DNA of 64,000 nucleotides from Lama glama (GCA_028534125.1 CM052838.1:7316001-7380000), one strand, 5' to 3'; counted from the first letter of the stretch, positions 50,457 to 64,000 are shown. Notes: generated by a model not told the origin, from the letters alone. Numbers and translations: made by a program.

Positions 50457-51710
50457 CGGCCCGCTCCGATCTCTGCGGGGACCCTCAGGCTGCCGGCTCG
50501 GACGTCTGCTCCTGACGGGGGACCTCGGGTTGGTCAGGTGTACATACCTGTACAGTCTTGGTAATCTGCGGTAAATTATATGGTATTTATTGGCATGTCC
50601 GACTTGCTTGCACTTTTTTCACATCAGACCTCTCACTTAAGGGTACCAATTCAGTGTGAAAGAGAAAAGAAGAACCTCTCCGCTCTTTTTAAGTGAATGT
50701 AAAGCAGGTTCAGACTACCCTTGCCTAGGCTGTTCTGAATGGCAGATGTTCCTGACAAGGCAGGGCAAGTGTTTTGAATCTTAGCAACTGAAAATTACAT
50801 TGCACACTGTGATTACTTTTCAGCTATGGTAGGTCATATTTTCTTTTATACCACAGCTGTCCTCTTAATTATAAGGGATTTCAATGAACCAAAAGATAAT
50901 TCTAATTTTGGATAAATAGATAGCTGGATGGATGGGTAGATGGGGTGTGAAGAGGTGGAGCAGAAAAGGATATTGGACATCAAAAACCATCAACTCTGGC
51001 TGATTTCTGGGGCTGGCAATTGGAGGAGGAGCCAGGGAGCAGAAAGGGAAAGTGAAGTCCAAGCCCCACCTGGCTTGCCCTCACGTGTCTATGTAAAATC
51101 ATGGAGGAGAAATTACAGTGCCTTCTACAGAATTTCCGTCTTTAACTATGTGAAGCGAGGTGACATTGTAAGTCACTGGCGCCGTCTTATCATTTAGATG
51201 TATAAATCTTTAGAAACAAATAAAACACTATATATGTGTGTGCGTGTGTGTACAAAAATGGCAAAGCTGATGCCTCGTGTAGTGGAACACGGGGCATGGT
51301 GTGCATCTGAGGTAGACTCTGCAGAAGATGAATTGCTGGTTGCTTTTACTTCCTGACTAAGACCGAAAAATTATTTACCGAATCTGCAAACCTTTTTATG
51401 AAACTTTTAAGCACCAGGCTGTTTACTTCCATAATTTAGGTCGGCCAGAAAATTCTATCTGTGATAGATCTGTAAGGAGGGACAAGGGGGTAGAGTTTAC
51501 TATTTTTGAAGTTTACATTGTTACATACGAAACGGAAACCTTATTTTGAAATGTTGTCATAACCCAATGGTGCACTCTGTACCCATGGAATCTTTCAGTT
51601 TCATAGGGGAAAGGGGCATTCACGACCTGAACTTTTTAGCAAATTATTATTCTCAGTTTCCATTACCTGTTTGGCCAAACAGATTAATAAACTATTTAAA
51701 AAAGAAGCAT
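50457..51710 (+). other. SLC35F3: SLC35F3 3' UTR (end approximate)
   Basis: No repeat recognised after the stop; AU-rich, with AATAAA at 51219 and 51686 and a GT/T-rich tract after the second. Confidence 0.7.
51686..51691 (+). terminator. Probable polyadenylation signal AATAAA (alternative proximal signal at 51219-51224)
   Basis: Canonical hexamer followed about 25-50 nt later by GTGCTGTCTTGG...TTTGTT. Confidence 0.6.
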
Positions 51711-52654
51711 TTAGTGCTGTCTTGGCGGCGACTTTGTTACTTTCCTGCTATGTTGGTCCAGACTCTGGCTTCCTCACCTTACACAGTTCTCCCAGCAAGC
51801 CCCACCCTCCTGCTCCTTCAAGGCACACAGAGCCACGCAACTACCTCAAGGGAAGAAAATTCTTATTGCAGGCAGAGTTGACTTTCACAAAAGCCAAACG
51901 CAGGACAAAGAGCCGGCCTCAAAGGAAAGACGTGTTGAGGCAGCGTTTCCCTCCCGCTCTCCTCTCCCGGTCGTCTCCCCATTCTCTCCCTATCTCCCCA
52001 GTGCCTGCCCTCAGTGCAGCTCTGGTGATGCTTCTGGCTCCCTTTCCGGTGCAGACTGGCTCCTCAGCTCCCTTATGCTGGTGCCTCAAAGTGGCAGCCT
52101 TAGTCCCTAAAGTGACGTCTTCCAGCTCAGCTCCCACCCCTGACTTCTGCTTTGGGTGCCCTAACTTGTTCTGGCTCTAGAGAGAATTTGATTGAACATG
52201 TTCACCACTGTTCCAGGCAGCTGCAGCCAGGGACTGTGAGGTCCGATGTCTCATCCTATGTCCACAAAGGGTCATGTTCTCTAAGAGGGCACGTGAACAG
52301 GGAGCAGACGACAGCCTCTCAGGACACCTCGTCCTGCCACCCACATGTAGAACGTCTACACACCAGGCACCACTTGCTCCAGGGGGTCAGATTCTGGAGG
52401 ACACGAGCAGCTGTCCAGATCACAGAGCTCCCTGCGCACATCCTGGTGCGTGCTGTGAAGGGGGGACCCCTCAGCCCCACAGTGGAGCCGGAGCCAGGCA
52501 CCTCCATGACTCCGTCTGGGCTCCCAACTCTTCCAGTTTCCCCAGGAGCCAAACAAATATTTCCTTTGTAATGCTAACATGAAAACTTGGGAAACCCTAC
52601 ACTAGAGCAGATTTGCCTTATTCTCCATGGCCATAAAAGACTGTGAAGACCCAC

Positions 52655-53165
52655 AAGAATTGAGAGTAGGGATTCAAAGAAATACATGTATACCTATGAT
52701 CATAGAATTATTTACAGCAGCCAAGGCGGGAAGCAACCCAGGTGTCCTTCAGAGGATGAGTGGATAAACAACATGTGGTACATACATGCAATGGGGTATT
52801 ACTCAACCTGAAAAAGGAATGAAATTCTGACACAGGCTACAACATAGAGGAACCTTGAAGACATTATCCTGTGTGAAATAAGCTGGTCACAGAGGATAAA
52901 TATTATTTGATTCCACTTGTATGCTGTCCCTAGAGGATTCAAATTCACAGAGACAGAGAGTAGAATGGTGGCTACTGGGGGCTGGGAATGAGCAGTTACT
53001 GTTCAGTGGGTACAGAGTTTCAGTTTTGTAAGATAAAAAAGTTCTGGCGGTTGATGGTGGTGATGGCTGCACAGTAATGAGACTGTACTTAATACCACTG
53101 AGCTTAGAAATGGTCCAAACGGTAAGTTTTATCTTCTGTATATTTTACTCCAATGTTTCCAAAAA
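52655..53165 (+). mobile_element. L1MB-like 3' fragment
   Basis: GGAAGCAACCCA.GTGTCC, GAAATTCTGACACAGGCTACAACAT, GTACAGAGTTTCAGTTT. Confidence 0.85.
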
Positions 53166-55714
53166 GACTATGAAGGGTAAGACATGTGAAATAAAAAGGG
53201 TGAAACTTTCAGGAGAGGTTAATGCTCCCTTCAGGGCATTATAAACATGAGCTGGGCTGAGGGTAGGGGGATTTGAGAGATTTCTGTCCGAAAGAATACA
53301 AACCACAAGTCCCCCCAGCCCCTCCACCCCCGCCACGCAGATTTCAAGAACTGGGGTGAGCTGTGCCAAACCAGGAAGGGATCCGTGAGTTTAGAAAATC
53401 TCAGACAGGGGTTCCTCCTGACGGAACCCTGGGGTGGCTTTGGGAAACAGGCTCCCTCTAGAGGCCTGTCTGGAACGCAATGGAATGATCTTTCTACTTT
53501 TGCTCCTTGAAGGAGTAAAAGTAAAACTAAGAGGGATACAAAGAGAATATGGGGCCCTTCTGCTCCAGGCCGCCCCTTCAGAATGTGGACTTCTGGGGCC
53601 AGAAGGTTCAAAGTGGTCAGCCGGCCCCTTGCCACGATGAGTCAGAGCCGTCTTTAGGAACCCCCCCCCCCCGCTGTGCAGACCCTGAGCTCTTCCTCAC
53701 TTGGGCTGTCAAGGATAGACAGAGTCTAGACCTACCTCCCTGTAGAGCAAGGGTGTTTCCAAATCTAGCCAAGGATGTGTAACATGGAGCTCTTTACCTT
53801 CAATGTTGAAAATAAATGATTTGTTCTAAAATTAGAATGTAGCGGTGGTTGCACAATTCTCCAAATATGCTAAAATTTGATCAGTTGTACACTTCAAATG
53901 GGTGAATTTTATGGTATGTGAAGTATATCTCAATCAGGTGGTTTGATGGATAAATAAATTGCTGCCTCATAAAATGATTTAAAATTCCTTCACCAAAATC
54001 TCACAAGCAGAAAGGACATTTGTTCTATGTGTCTTTGTTGTTTTAGGGGTAGCTCACCGCCCTTCTGCTCACAGCTCAGGAAATGGATCTATTTGATGAA
54101 CCTCCAGGCCAGTGTCTATACACCAAGAAAGGGGAAGTTGGGGTATAAATAAAAGCTATTGGCATATCATTATGGTGTTCTTTTTCAACGTACACCTGTG
54201 TATCAGGGATTAGAGTCTGAGTTTCTTTATGCCCCTGACCACCCTCTCGTGGCACCTCCATTTGCGGAAACTGTAAGTTCAATTACACCAAGTAGATGCG
54301 CTTATTCACCCAGTGTTCCCTCACTCTCCCTGTTACCTGGTTTCACCCCCACAGTGAGAAACTGCATTTTATGACACACCTGCCTTTATAATCTGGAGTG
54401 TGTAGAGCAGGCAGCCTTGTGGGGATGCTGGTAGCCTAGCACTTTTCCAGGATTTTGTAAGTATCTGTACTTAGTGGGTAGCCCTGCTAAACAGTGCTGC
54501 ACCAGATGCTGGATTTCCTCAAGGACCCGCGTGTGTGTGCGTGCACGCGCGCGCATGCCTTTGCCACATTTACTCTAGGCTTTTGATGAGCACATCTTTC
54601 CAACCAATTAGGTTATTTCTATTTTTTTAAATTTTGTTTAAGTAAATAATTCATGCAAACTAATCACTGCATAATAATCACTAACTTTTTTAATGATACC
54701 ATTTAGAGTTAGACATATACTTACTCAACTACCACCTGTTGACTTTCTTTAACCCCTTATTGTATCCAATCACCATTTAGGGTGGCCCTGATGTTTTTCT
54801 CCAAAGCTTAATTTTTTAAAAAGTCAAATCTTATCATTAGTACCAATTTAAAGACCAAAGCATGTTTGGACATTTAGCTGCATTATTGCATCAAAAGCTT
54901 TTATATGTTACTTTGTCTATATTTTCTTGTATTTTCTGACAGCATTTAATTTCCTGTCTATTTTTTTTATCAGAGAGGTGTCAAGTTATTATTTAGTGAT
55001 CTCAACTACCTTTCTAAATTCTCAGATCTTTTGCTCCCTCTTACTAATGACCATTAGTAAGATGAAATTCTGGTAAATTCTAGGTTTTATCTGTTGCAGA
55101 GTATTTTGCTTAGTGTTTCTAGGAAATTAAGAAAATAACCCAGGTTCTGCCATCTTTTCCCATGCAGGGCAAATGCTATTAGAATTTCAGATGCCAAGAG
55201 GTCACTTAAAAAACATCTGATCAAGACTTCTGAGCACAAAATGAATGAAAAGACTTTGAGGCCAGAGACAAAAAGAGGGTTCTTAAATGTCAACTGCTAA
55301 AACCATTCAAAATACAGAAAATGTAATGAAACCTGGTCCCCAGGGTTGTCAAGGATATGTCTGTGAAAGCAACTTACAATCTGCAGAATGTTCTGTGGCT
55401 CTATTAAGTAATTACCAAGGGATTTGCCCAAGGCCATGTGGCTGGGAGAGGCCGAGAAGTCGGCCCCTTCCCCCGGGCCCTGTTTGTGGTGAGACTGCAC
55501 AAAGGGAAAGGCTCTTAGGACAAGCTTCTCTGCTGCGTGATTTTGTTAGGACCCTTCTGGAAGAAAGGTCTCCTGGGATTTTGAAAGATCTCAATTAGCA
55601 TGAAAGCTCTGTAGGCTGGCAGTTTTCTACAAATACCATTTTGCCCGTAAGTTCCTTTCTGGTATTGCTTTCTAATTGAAGTCACTAGTAGGTTTTTTGT
55701 CCTATCTCCAAATA

Positions 55715-58082
55715 CAGTCACTCTACTTAACAACAGAAGAATAGAAGTTCTTCTCCAATGCACATGGGCCATTCTCTAGCATAGGCCATATGCTAGGCCA
55801 CAAAACAAGCCTCCATAAATTTAAAAGATTGAAATTATACAGATTATCCTTTCCAACCACAGTGGAATGAAACTAGAAATCAGTAACAGAAGGAAACAGA
55901 AACTCACAAATTTGTGGAATACCACATTTTCAAACAACCAGCAAGTCAAAGAAGAAATCACAAAGGAAATTAGCAAATACTTACAGACAAATTAAAACAA
56001 AACATACCATACCAAAACTTATGGGAAGCAGCAAAGGCAATGCTCTGAGGGAAATTTATAGCTTTTCATGCGTACTTGAAAAAGAAAAGATCTCAAATCA
56101 ATAACCCAACTTTACACCTGGGGAACAACAGAAAGAAAGCAAACTAAATCCAAAGCTAACAGAAGGAATAATAAAGATTAGAGTGGAAAATAAATAAAAC
56201 AGAGNNNNNNNNNNNNNNNNNNNNNNNNNNNNNNNNNNNNNNNNNNNNNNNNNNNNNNNNNNNNNNNNNNNNNNNNNNNNNNNNNNNNNNNNNNNNNNNN
56301 NNNNNNNNNNNNNNNNNNNNNNNNNNNNNNNNNNNNNNNNNNNNNNNNNNNNNNNNNNNNNNNNNNNNNNNNNNNNNNNNNNNNNNNNNGAACAGTTGTG
56401 CACTAATAAATTTAGATACCCAACCACAAGCAAAAGAATGAAGTTCAAACCCTACCTTACACCACATACAAATATTAGCTCAAAATGGATTAGAAACCTA
56501 TATAAGAGAAAAACCTTAACGCTCTTAGAAGAAAAGACAAATTCCTAGAAACATGCAATTACCTACACTGACTCAAAAAGAAACAAAATTTNNNNNNNNN
56601 NNNNNNNNNNNNNNNNNNNNNNNNNNNNNNNNNNNNNNNNNNNNNNNNNNNNNNNNNNNNNNNNNNNNNNNNNNNNNNNNNNNNNNNNNNNNNNNNNNNN
56701 NNNNNNNNNNNNNNNNNNNNNNNNNNNNNNNNNNNNNNNGATAAGAACATGTCTTAACTTTTTCTATGAAGCCAGCATTAATTTGATACCTAAGCCAGAT
56801 AAAGATATAACAAAAACCGAAAATTACAGAATATCCCCTATGAACAAAAATCCTCACAAAATGCTAGTGAGGCAAATCCAACAACATACTAAAAGGACTG
56901 CACACCATGACCAAGTGGGATTGATCCCTGGAATACAATGGTATGTCAGCATATGAAAAACAATCAATGTAATATACTACATTAATAGAACAAAGGAGAA
57001 AAACCCATGTGATCATCCCAATTGATGCAGAAAGAGAATTTCACAAAATCAAACACCTTTTCATGAAAAAGCAATAAGAAAACTAGGAATAGAAGGGCAC
57101 TTCCTGAACATAGTAAAGGGCACTTATGAAAAACTCATGGCTAACATCATACCCAATGGTGAAAGACTGAAAGCTTTCTTCCTAAGGTTAGGAATAAGAC
57201 AGGGATACCTGCATTTACCGCTGTTCTTCAGCACTGTNNNNNNNNNNNNNNNNNNNNNNNNNNNNNNNNNNNNNNNNNNNNNNNNNNNNNNNNNNNNNNN
57301 NNNNNNNNNNNNNNNNNNNNNNNNNNNNNNNNNNNNNNNNNNNNNNNNNNNNNNNNNNNNNNNNNNNAAAAGTTACTAGAGCCAGTAAACTAATTCAACA
57401 AATTTTCAGGGTACAAGATCAACACACAAAAATCAATTGTGTTCTGTATATCTGCAACAAAAAATCCAAAAGAGAAATTTAGACAGCAATTTCATTTAAA
57501 ATAACACCAAAAAGAATACAATACCTAGGGATAAATTTAACCAAGGAGGTGAAACTGAAAACTACAAACATTGCCCCCTGCCCAAAAAATTAAAGTGATC
57601 TAAATAAATGGAAAGACATCCTATGTTCATGGATTGGAAGACTTAACATTGTTTAAGATATCAGTACTATTCAAAGTGATTTATCTATAGATTCAACCCA
57701 ATCCTTATCAAAATTCCAACAAACTTTTTCTGTGGAACTGGAAAAACTGATCTTCAAATTCTTATGGAATCTCAATAGACCCAAATAGCCAAAACAATCT
57801 TGGAAAAGAACAAAGACAGAGGGCTCACATCTCCTGATTTCATAACTTATTTCAAAGCTATAGTAATTAAAACAGTGTGGCACTGGCATGAGGACTGACA
57901 TATAGACCAATGGAATAGAAATGAGATCCATAAATAAACCCACGTGTCTATGGTGAATTGCTTTTTGACAAGGATGCTGTAGGAAAGATTAGTCTCTTTA
58001 ATAAATTGTGCTGGGGAAAATACATCTTCATATGCAAAAGAATGAGGTTCAAACCCTACCTTATACCATACAGAAAAATTAA
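55715..58082 (+). mobile_element. Degenerate L1 ORF2 (endonuclease end through RT), with three N gaps
   Basis: CATGACCAAGTGGGATT.ATCCC, ATGCAGAAA.AG.ATTT, peptide ANIIPNGERLKAFFLRLGIRQG.LHLPLF; many stops and frameshifts. Confidence 0.92.
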
Positions 58083-59719
58083 AGTAGGATATGATAAGTA
58101 CTAAAACAGTCATACATACAAGGATGAAGGGGGTGGGACTAAAACTGACTGATGGCCTAGAACAGAAAGAGCCCAGGAAGACTTTATGAGGAGATACTCC
58201 TCAAGTGGGCATTTTTTAAGTTAAACAAAGTGGAAGAGAAGTACTAAAAACAGAGGAAAGAGCAATACTTATGGCAGAAGACAGTGCTAGAGAGATACGT
58301 AGGACACAAATCATGAATATTCTTTCAAATATCCACCTTTTCCTGACTGATACATAAACTGACTGTGACTAAAAAGAAATAATGCCAAAAATACCAGTGG
58401 GGATGTATCCCTTCTTCACAAGGCACCAGGATGGAACTCTAGGAGGGAGCAGGCAGCAGACATCTGTCTAAGTATTTATAAAGGGCAGAGCCAGGGGCGA
58501 CTGCTCACAGTCAGATCAGCTGGAAGCAGGCTGGTCCCAGAATCCCACCTGGGACTGTCCTTGGGCGCCATGCTCATAAAATGAGCTAATGGAATTGAGA
58601 GTGGCTGCTTTCAGCACAGAGATGTGACCAGATCAATCATGCAACAATACAAACAGCAAAGAATCAATAAGGAGGGCACTTCAGTTCCCCAGCCAAGGTC
58701 TGGCAGAGAGGGTTTCGTGTGGATTTCTGATGAAAAGTCAGCAAGCAGAAAAGTCAGCTAAAAATAGAAACTCTTTTAACTTTTATGGGAACTCAGAACT
58801 GTATACTACATGGTTGATTTTATTAACATCAGAATTAATAATAGATGTTTGCAGGAAACACTACATATTTCCAAACAACTCAACCATAGGGAATCCTAAG
58901 GCTCTTCTAGGCTGTGCCAGTTCATTTTATACTCCATTTATGATTGAGAAATCAATTCTAAACATTACGTGTATGTGAAAGAGCATATTTACTCTGTCAC
59001 TCTCATATATGAATCTGGGAGTTGTTCTAAGGATTTGATACTAAAATTAGACACTAAAGTGATTGTTTCATCATCTATGTTTTGCTATAATGCACTACTT
59101 TTGAGGTTCTATTAATTAAATTCAATATTTGATACAGTTCTAGCTTTACAGAGACAAGAATAAGCAGCAGTCGCTATATTCAACGGCTTGCAGCTTCAGT
59201 CCAGTCTACACCAAGCCTCTGAGCACCCCCTTGAGTGGGAGAGCAGAAAAGATTCTTTAGATCTGCTTTAGGTCCATGCCTACAGCTATCAGCTCACTAC
59301 CTTGGTCACTGGAAAACACTGAAGTCACTCTTATGAGGCAAAGCACATCATCTCCAGAAAGGCCTTTTTGAAATTCAAAGTCAGAATCTGGAAAGAGCCA
59401 CCCACTCAGCTCATGGATCCTATTAATTTACTTAATCAGATTGTGCTTCAGTGACTGGCCAGTAAAAAGTCACCCAATATGCCCCTGAGAGAATAGGGCA
59501 CAGGGCTGCGAGGCACTTTTTTCTGAGTCAGATATCGCCACGACATCGCAGCATTAAAAGTCCACCTTGCTCTCAGTGGCTTAAACAAGCAGGTGTGTGC
59601 CCAGGCTCATGGGCGTGTAGGTGACAGCACTGTGGCTGTCAGGTCCAGCTCAGCTGAGCAGGTGAGGGTCTATCTGGGCAGGGCGCCAGGCTGGCACGGG
59701 GCTCAGCTATAGGGGATGC

Positions 59720-61515
59720 TCGGGTCTCTTTCACTGTATAGTTGCTCTTGCACTTTGTTCTTATTTTTTCTCTTCCACTCTTTTTCTGCCTTTTGTGGTT
59801 TCAGTATTGAGCATTTTATATGATTCCATTTGGTCTCCTTTCTTAGCATGTCAGTTATACTTACTTTTTTTTTTTTACTATTGTTAGTGATTGCCCTAGA
59901 GTTTGCAATATACATTTACAACTAATCCAACCACTTTCAAATAACATTGTACCATGTCGTGTGTAGTGTAAGTACCTTATAATAACAAAATAATCCTAAT
60001 TTCCTCCATAACTTGTTGCCATTTCTGTCATTCATTTTATTCACACACAAACATACATAAGCATATATATACACAAATATAAATATAAGGTACATATGCA
60101 TACATAATCGAGTACCTTGTTGCTATTATTATTTTAGTAAACTGTTATCCATTAGATCAATTCATTTTGGTTTTGCGTGTATCCTGCTTCGTGTTCTCTG
60201 AGCATCCTGGAGCTGTGGTTTGATGTCTGGCATTGGTTTGGTGGAAATTATCAGCCATTATTGTTTCAAAGACTTCTTCTGTTCTTTTCTTTCTTCTCCT
60301 CTGGTGTGTTGCACCTTTTGTAGTTGTCCCACAGTCCTTGCATATTCTGTTCCGTTTTTTCAGTCTTTGTTCCCTTTACTCTTCAGTTTTGGAGGTTTCT
60401 TTTGATATATCTTCCAGCTCAGAGATTCTTTCCTCAACTATATCCAGTCTACTAAGAAGCCCATTAAAGGCATTCTTCATTTCTATTACAGTGTTTTTTA
60501 TCTCTAGCATTTCTTTTTGGTTCTTTCTCAAGGATTTCCACCTCTGCTTACATTGTCATCTGTTCCTGCCTGCTGTCTACTTTATCAATTAGAGCTCTTG
60601 GCATATTCATCATCATTGCAGTAAATTCCTGGTCTCAAAATTACAACATCCCTGCCGTATCTGGTTCTGATGCTTGCTCTGTCTCTCCAAATTATGTTGT
60701 CTTTTGATATGCCTTGTACATTTTTTTCTTGATAGCCAGATATAATGTGCCAGGTAAAAGGAACCAATGTAAGTAGGACTTTAGTAATGAGTTATGAGGG
60801 AAGGGGAACCACTCCATAGTCCTATGATTAGGTCTTTGTCTTTGAGCGAGTCTGAGCTCTAGACTGAATTCTCAAATGCGTCTATTTTTTTCCCTCCTCT
60901 CTTAGGTGGGAGAGGATGGCTGCAGTGGGCTAGTGTTGACTATTGCCTTTTTCCACATGAAAGGCTATCACTGACTGGAGCTGGGTTTCCCCTTCCCCAG
61001 GTCAGTTAGGTTCTGATAACGCCCCAGCAGGTTATGCTCGGATTAACTAGTTTCTCCGGAGGGCAGCTTCATTAAGAAGAACAGAGAGATCTGGTATTTT
61101 TCAAAAGGGTTCCTTTTCCCCTTCCACTGCTGGGAGCACAGAAGATTTTTCTCCGATGTCTCCCGTGGGAACTGGTTGAGCTACTGGAGGTAAAACTCAC
61201 AATATTGTGGAGGCCCCCTGTGAATGGGTTCCCCCCGAGTTTTTAACTCTCAGAGTTGTTCACACCAAGCCTCCAGCACTTGTGAACTGTAGTTCTGGCT
61301 TTCCCGTGGCGGCACTAGTGCCCGTGTTTGCCACTGCTCTGGTTAAGTTTCCTGTATATTTGTCTGTCTCTCCCGTCTTGAGGGCAGTGGTCTACCCTGT
61401 GTCCTTAGCTCTCTTACAAATCCTAGAAGAGTTGATGTTTCAGTCTGTTCAGCTTTCTACTTGTTAGGATGGAGTGGCAAATTCTAAGGTCCTTATGTGT
61501 AAAACTGGAAACCAG
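59720..61515 (-). mobile_element. Old L1M fragment(s): ORF1/inter-ORF and 5' region
   Basis: T-rich; TCCAGCTCAGAGATTCTTTCCTCA...CAGTCTACT; GGAAATTATCAGCCATTATT. Confidence 0.75.
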
Positions 61516-62399
61516 AAGGGCTTTCCTTACTTAAAAAAAAAGTTAAGAAATAATGAGGTGAAGCAAAGCAGAAATGATTACAGAAACACTGATTTTTCCA
61601 GACATAGATGACTCTCCCAGTTGCCTCCCTGGTCCTTCAGTGATGGGGCTGCTGCTTTCTGCAGGCTTCAGGTTGCTCTTCCCCATCCTCCAGGGGTCAC
61701 CTCCCTCTTGGCTTGACCCCAGCTTTTCAGCCTAACTCCCACAGTAGTCACCCTTCTTACCCTCCCATCCTAATTCATGGTTCTCAGCCTGTCCCTTAGG
61801 GTCGCCAACATTTTTATTTCCCACCATAAGATGAACTCATTCCTTTTTTTGGCCAGTGTGTCCCTCTTCCAGTCATAGCCAGAGACTTCAAGCTTATTAG
61901 TCCCTGGAGGTCTGAGATGTGGAGCGATATAATCAAGTTCCAGGGTGAGGAGTATGCTGTTGTTGGCAAGGTAAGTGATAATTCACCATCCTGCAGGTGA
62001 AGCCCCCTCCCACCATAAGCACACTTTGTAGCAGTTCTTTTAAGCATTCAATAATCAGAGCCCACAGAGGATGGTAATTGCCTCACATCTGGTAACACAA
62101 TAGTTCTCTCATCGGTATAGGGTAGCCTACTATGTTTATGTTAGCTTTTAGTGCCTACAGTATTTGTACTCACTTTACTTAACATCAACCAGACTTCAAG
62201 ATTTAGGTGTTCATTCCATCCTATTCTCCTGAAATTGTTTTGCTTTGGACACAAACAGGATTTCACACATCATTCATTTGTTTCCTCCATAAATACTTTA
62301 AAAATGGAATCTATATAACTGAACCAGCTCCCGGCTTTGAGAAACTTAGAAATTAATAATAGGACTGGTCAAGGTCACCGAGACCTCTAATACAACGCA

Positions 62400-63120
62400 G
62401 TGTGAGATACCTGCCTCTCAGGGGCAGACTTTGTGCTGTTTTGACCTGGAGGGATTGGAAACTGCGTCATGAAGGAAAAAACTTTGTGAGTTTTGGACCT
62501 AATAGGATGAATCAGATTTTCAGAAACAGGTGGATTACAAGGCAGTTCAGATGAATGGAAAAGCAGGAAGACAGGCAGAATGTTAGGGGCAAGATCTGGG
62601 AACAGCAAACAGCTCAGACGATGAGATGGGCGTCTGTACGGGGAGTGGCAGGAGATTAAGCCAGGATACAGGCCAAGTCCTAATGTGAGGGTCTTCGATG
62701 CCAGCTGATCGGCAAGAGGAAGCCACTAGAAGTGATTACGCAGGAGAGCAGCATGATCAAATCTTGTTTATTCCAGTCCATCATTCCAGTCTGTTGAGAT
62801 CCTTGAGTCTTTCATTAAACGATAAGCTTTCTCCTCCATCCCCAGACTCCATGCAGGTTTGGTAAGCATCCTTGATTATGCTTCTCTAATTTGACTACAA
62901 AACATGTAAAAGCCACAGCCCTAGTCGTAACTGTAAAAGCGACCTCCCTCCAGGTTGATACTCAGATTCTTTGGCTATGCTTATCCAACCAGGTAATGCT
63001 CATATTAACAGAATCCAGTCCACAGTGCTCAACATAAGAGCAGATATTACTGACTGCTCACTTCAATACACACGATTTATACTCATTATCTTATTTAAAC
63101 CTTTCACTAGCTCTCTGAGA
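62400..63120 (-). mobile_element. L2 fragment followed by CR1/L3 fragment
   Basis: L2-like GAAGCCACTAGAAG..TT..GCAGGAGAG..CATGATC; then CCATCATTCCAGTCTGTTGAGATC (antisense CR1-like). Confidence 0.45.
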
Positions 63121-64000
63121 CGAAGTGACTGAAATTTACTGTGTGTTCCTTTAAACTGCAAAGTCTCTCCTGTCCCAGACACTGGAATCTCAACCTTGAA
63201 TTGATTGGTTTTCAATCAATCTCCAAAGAAAGTATGGATTTTACCAAATAGATCCTTCATAAAATGTTTGCTCAACTGTAACTTCTTTAATATCCATCTG
63301 ATTAATATAAAGAGTTGTAGAATTCACAAGATCAACTGGAAACTTCATTTTTGTTTGTGTTTATTGAGGCTAACTGGAAAGTTTCAAATCTGGCAGAGAG
63401 AAATAATGAAATAAGAGTCTCAACTTAGCCAAGAAGCATAATTTTTATCTAAGTAGACCTGAATTTCCTGAAAATTTTAAAATAATCTTACAGTGCCAGC
63501 ATAGGCCCTTAGTTGCCTAGGTAATAAAACAGGTTTCCATGGAAACCCATTGGCCTTTATCAAAGAACCGCTCTGAATTGTAATGGGATGAAAGAGCATC
63601 ATCTAAGAAATACCAAATAGTTATTGCTACCTGAACCGTTCTTGGTGGTGATGGTTAGACTTTTATGTTCATATTTGTTAACAGTGGTGGTTATTATGCC
63701 AGAAAATCAAGCCTTCAATATGCAAATAGCTGTAACAGCTAATACTGTCTCCTTTCTTCTATAAACCACAGAGTTTCAATCCCCACGTGTGTTTTGACTT
63801 TTACTGTAGAAAAGGTTTATTTCCTGATTTTGTTATTCTTTTGCATTAAATATGATGAGTTAAGGTATAAAACTTTTCTTCCCAGTGTCTTACCAATGAG
63901 GTCAGTAAATGGGCCCATAGGCAGGCTGTCATCCTATGATCTTTCTTCTAAGTACGTGAGACCAAGCGTGTAAGGAAGGACTGGGGTCTGTTTCGGAGTA

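Noticed and set aside
57137-57943. Reverse-transcriptase-like peptides as an active or domesticated gene
   Set aside because: Ordinary decayed L1 ORF2 with stops and frameshifts.
1-64000. The many 60-290 aa ORFs in the track
   Set aside because: Random ORFs in intron or repeat DNA, or read-through of N runs. Only parts of 44091, 47299 and 50220 overlap real exons in frame.
1-64000. CRISPR array, operon or prokaryotic defence system
   Set aside because: Eukaryotic intron/exon DNA; no repeat-spacer array or gene-dense region.

Overview
Mammalian genomic DNA, not microbial. It is almost certainly camelid, judged from five tRNA-derived SINEs of the vic-1 type and the absence of ruminant Bov-A/BovB. 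The window holds the 3' half of SLC35F3 (DMT/EamA-like solute carrier, putative thiamine transporter) on the + strand. Five coding exons lie at <37786-37902 (5' part lost in an N gap), 44109-44234, 46228-46420, 47249-47338 and 50221-50456 (stop), with canonical GT-AG sites and consistent phases, followed by a ~1.2 kb 3' UTR. Positions 1-37.6 kb read as one large repeat-rich intron, and 52-64 kb is intergenic and dominated by L1. Almost all ORFs in the supplied track are spurious. I see no credible new gene system. The best second-look items are: a single-arm homologue of primate MIR4671, a possible regulated exon with aberrant codon composition and downstream CA/TGCATG motifs, a non-TE 36-bp dispersed repeat, an internally rearranged L1, tandem RFX X-boxes and nested transposons. 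Repeat family names and all comparisons to human are from memory, and repeat boundaries are approximate.
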